Positions 61,332 through 64,000 of a DNA stretch of 64,000 nucleotides are shown one piece after another. The notes under the pieces are model-generated. The model searched no databases and was not told the origin of the DNA. It saw only the letters and a list, made by a program, of their open reading frames with translations. Position numbers and translations under genes: made by a program. Source of the DNA: the human T2T-CHM13v2.0 reference genome, Homo sapiens; NCBI RefSeq assembly GCF_009914755.1, contig NC_060940.1. One strand, written 5' to 3'. The number at the start of each line of letters is the position of its first letter. The stretch's first letter is position 1.

Positions 61332-61413
61332 ATAGGTTAATGTAAAATTAATTGCGTTTTTTGCCATTTCTTTCAGTAGAAAAAAAAACGCAATTGCTTT
61401 TGCACCAACCTAA
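61332..61413. mobile_element. MADE1 (Hsmar1-derived MITE)
   Basis: taggttaatgtaaaattaattgcg...cgcaattgcttttgcaccaacctaa 80-bp imperfect palindrome. Confidence 0.9.
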
Positions 61414-63294
61414 TAGAAACTATCTAAAGAATATTTTCTTAAGTATCCAGGTTCTCATTAGTCTTCATTTTACAATTGTTCTTGGTTTTTTTTTCTTTTT
61501 TTCCTTCATATTCCCCCGCTGCTTCCACCTACATCAGATGAAGCACAGGGCAAAAACTGGATTATACGCAAATTGTACACTGATTTATTAGCGTGAGCCA
61601 GGAGTTTAATGAGGGGAGAGGGAACCGTACAAACAGCTCTTGGGGCCTATGCTTGAGTGGAGTTGTGCCGCCATACTAGGTTTCAGTATGAATTTGGGAT
61701 AGGGTCTTCTACCTCCTCCTTCCTTAAGGTAGAAATGAGGAATGTGTCTACTTACAAATGTCCCTGGTACACCTATCAAATGGGCTCACACGTGTGAGTC
61801 TCTCCATGAAGTACCCTGCTGAGTTCAGTAGCATCCGTCCAGTATTTGTTTTGACAGGCATTTGAGGTCTTTAATGTTTTCCAGGACATTTGACTTTGTT
61901 TCTCTGTTCCTCCTCGGGCATGTTAGTGGCATTAACTTACAGTCCAGTATTTACCTGATTCCATTTTGAAATCATACAGCCTGTTTTGGAAGGCTAGTTC
62001 TACTACGTACGCACAGAGATGAAGGGAAGAAAATTCTTTTGGTCTCTTTAAATTCCCTATCTGTAAATTGAAGAAATTATAGTATTTCCATCCTCACAGG
62101 TTTGTTTTGAGATCTAAGTAACATAATGCAGTCAGGATTTTATCATAGAGCCAGCCACCAAGTGAACTTCAATAAATGGTTAATATTTTATCATTAGTTT
62201 TGACTTTTGTTTTCATATCCATTCATTATGCTTTTTGGAAAATTACTTCAAGCAGTGTCACTTCTTACAGTCATTGTATCACCTTAAGTGAAGCTTCTGC
62301 AGGACTGCTATATTGTGGTATTTATGCCTTTAAGCAGTTTTCAGCTTGGGGAAATACAAGGTTGCAGTTTACTTATCAAATAGTGAAAAACGTAACTTGA
62401 GCAAATTTCTCTCCTGTATAAACAGTTAAATCCCAATGTCTTGTCCTTTGTTTCTTCTTCTAGAAGAGGTTATTCCTTGAGCCCAGTTGTATTTTGTATG
62501 TTTCATAACCTTGGAAATTGTTCATCTCTATGAAGTAATCCCTTTTATTACATAATATAAAGGGAAGATAAAGTTTTTAATTCTCAACGCATCTGAAGTG
62601 GTGACATGTAGCAAACAGCTCATTATCCCCCACAAAAAGCACAATTACTCAATATAGGGAAGCAGTGCTTTCAGAAGCTGCGTCATATTGGAGCTACCCC
62701 ACGCTGGCTAATGTTGGATATTGATTCTGAATAATTCAAATAGCAATAAAATTGGGTTTTCATGACAGTCAATCAGAGGCATTTTATATTTAATGCTCAA
62801 TAGAAGAAACACGGTGTCTCCTTACCTTCTGAATTTCAAAGCCATTAAAGTAATTGTAGGTCATTATGTGAAATTTATCTGCATAATTGGAATAGTTGAT
62901 CTAATTCATGTAGCATTCAAAACAGTGGCCAGAGAAGAACCGATGAATTTTTAGATAATGATATATATATAGTACATGTATACATATGCATACATACGCA
63001 CACGTATATTTGTATACATACACACACTTTTAGTCAAAGTAGTGTCACTTTACCAGCATTCATTTCTGTTAATACAGTCAACAAATCATAGGGGGATAAC
63101 TTTAAATAATTCATTTGATCCTGTTTCTCACATATTCCCAGTGGCCTCAGAAGTGAATAGCTTCTGTTGAAATGGAAATACTAAACTAAGGAGTTTCGTT
63201 CTTTATATGATTTTGCTGATATTTTCTTCTTAGTTTTCATCTGTCTTTCCAAAATAGACTTACCTGGGAGATATATATGATTATATGTATATAA

Positions 63295-63412
63295 TTGGGG
63301 TCACCAGACCCCAGGGATTCTGATTTAATTTACTTGAGATTGGGGCCTGACGATCAAGATTTGTTTAGAAGCTCCTCAGTTGATTCTACTGTATAGCATA
63401 GAGTGAGAATCA
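63295..63412. mobile_element. MER5-type fragment
   Basis: ccccagggattctgatttaatt...ggggcctg...aagctcctcagttgattct. Confidence 0.7.
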
Positions 63413-64000
63413 AGGTAAATCTAATTCAGTCATTCACTCACTCATTAATAAAATAGTTTATCAAGTACCTTTTATCTTCTGCAGTCTTACAGGCGTTCTG
63501 ACGGCTAAAAGGTGAGGAAGATAGTATTGTAGGAGCCTTCCCACCAATCCATTAAAATGTTTTAAAGTGCCAGTTTAGACATAGAAACAAAGAAGATGTT
63601 TATATACAGCTGCCTGGAAAGCCTAATACTTCTGTCTCTGGGAATATTATCAAAACCCTAGAGGGAAATGGGCTTCTAAAGGGTTCTTGGCTGTGTGTAG
63701 AAAGTACCTCATTCTCTTCTAACTTTAGACTTGCAACCCTTAATATATGACCTCAGATTAGTTTGTTGGAAGGTAGAGTGACATATGAAAGCAGAATTCC
63801 ACCTTACTTGGGAGTTGGGTCTTAAAGTCACACTCTGTGTTAACTTAAGTTGAGTTTGTTTCTAGCATCTGCAAAGCAGAGATATTTCTCCTGGTAAATG
63901 CTGAAGTATCGTGGGACAAATGGAGTTTGGAAGAAAGCTGCTTAGAAACGAGAATGGCCCAGGAGATACAACATGTAAAACTTGTACAGGATGCCCGACT

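Noticed and set aside
61332-61413. Pre-miRNA-like hairpin
   Set aside because: Explained by the MADE1 terminal inverted repeats; several arm mismatches and no expression evidence.
61785-61798. Perfect 14-bp palindrome ctcacacgtgtgag
   Set aside because: About four such palindromes are expected by chance in 64 kb (64000/4^7).

Overview
Primate, almost certainly human, non-coding DNA (intronic or intergenic). I cannot name the locus from sequence alone. It holds 23 Alu copies, about a dozen MaLR LTRs (MST/THE1, MLT1), L1, L2 and MIR fragments, DNA-transposon relics (MER20, MER33, MER5, MADE1) and simple repeats. No credible CDS, RNA gene or CRISPR array was found, and the listed ORFs are repeat-derived or chance. 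I see no evidence of a new biological system. The best signals are DNA copying events readable from the sequence: (1) a MER41 LTR re-mobilised by L1 machinery with a twin-priming 5' inversion; (2) a ~1.5 kb foreign, MIR-containing segment inserted into a younger MST LTR with a TSD and A-tail; (3) an exact 63-bp templated insertion copied from 1.8 kb away; (4) a ~165-bp inverted repeat about 3.4 kb apart; and (5) a CpG-retaining MER20 with co-oriented CTCF-like motifs. Repeat subfamily names come from recalled consensus sequences and boundaries are approximate.
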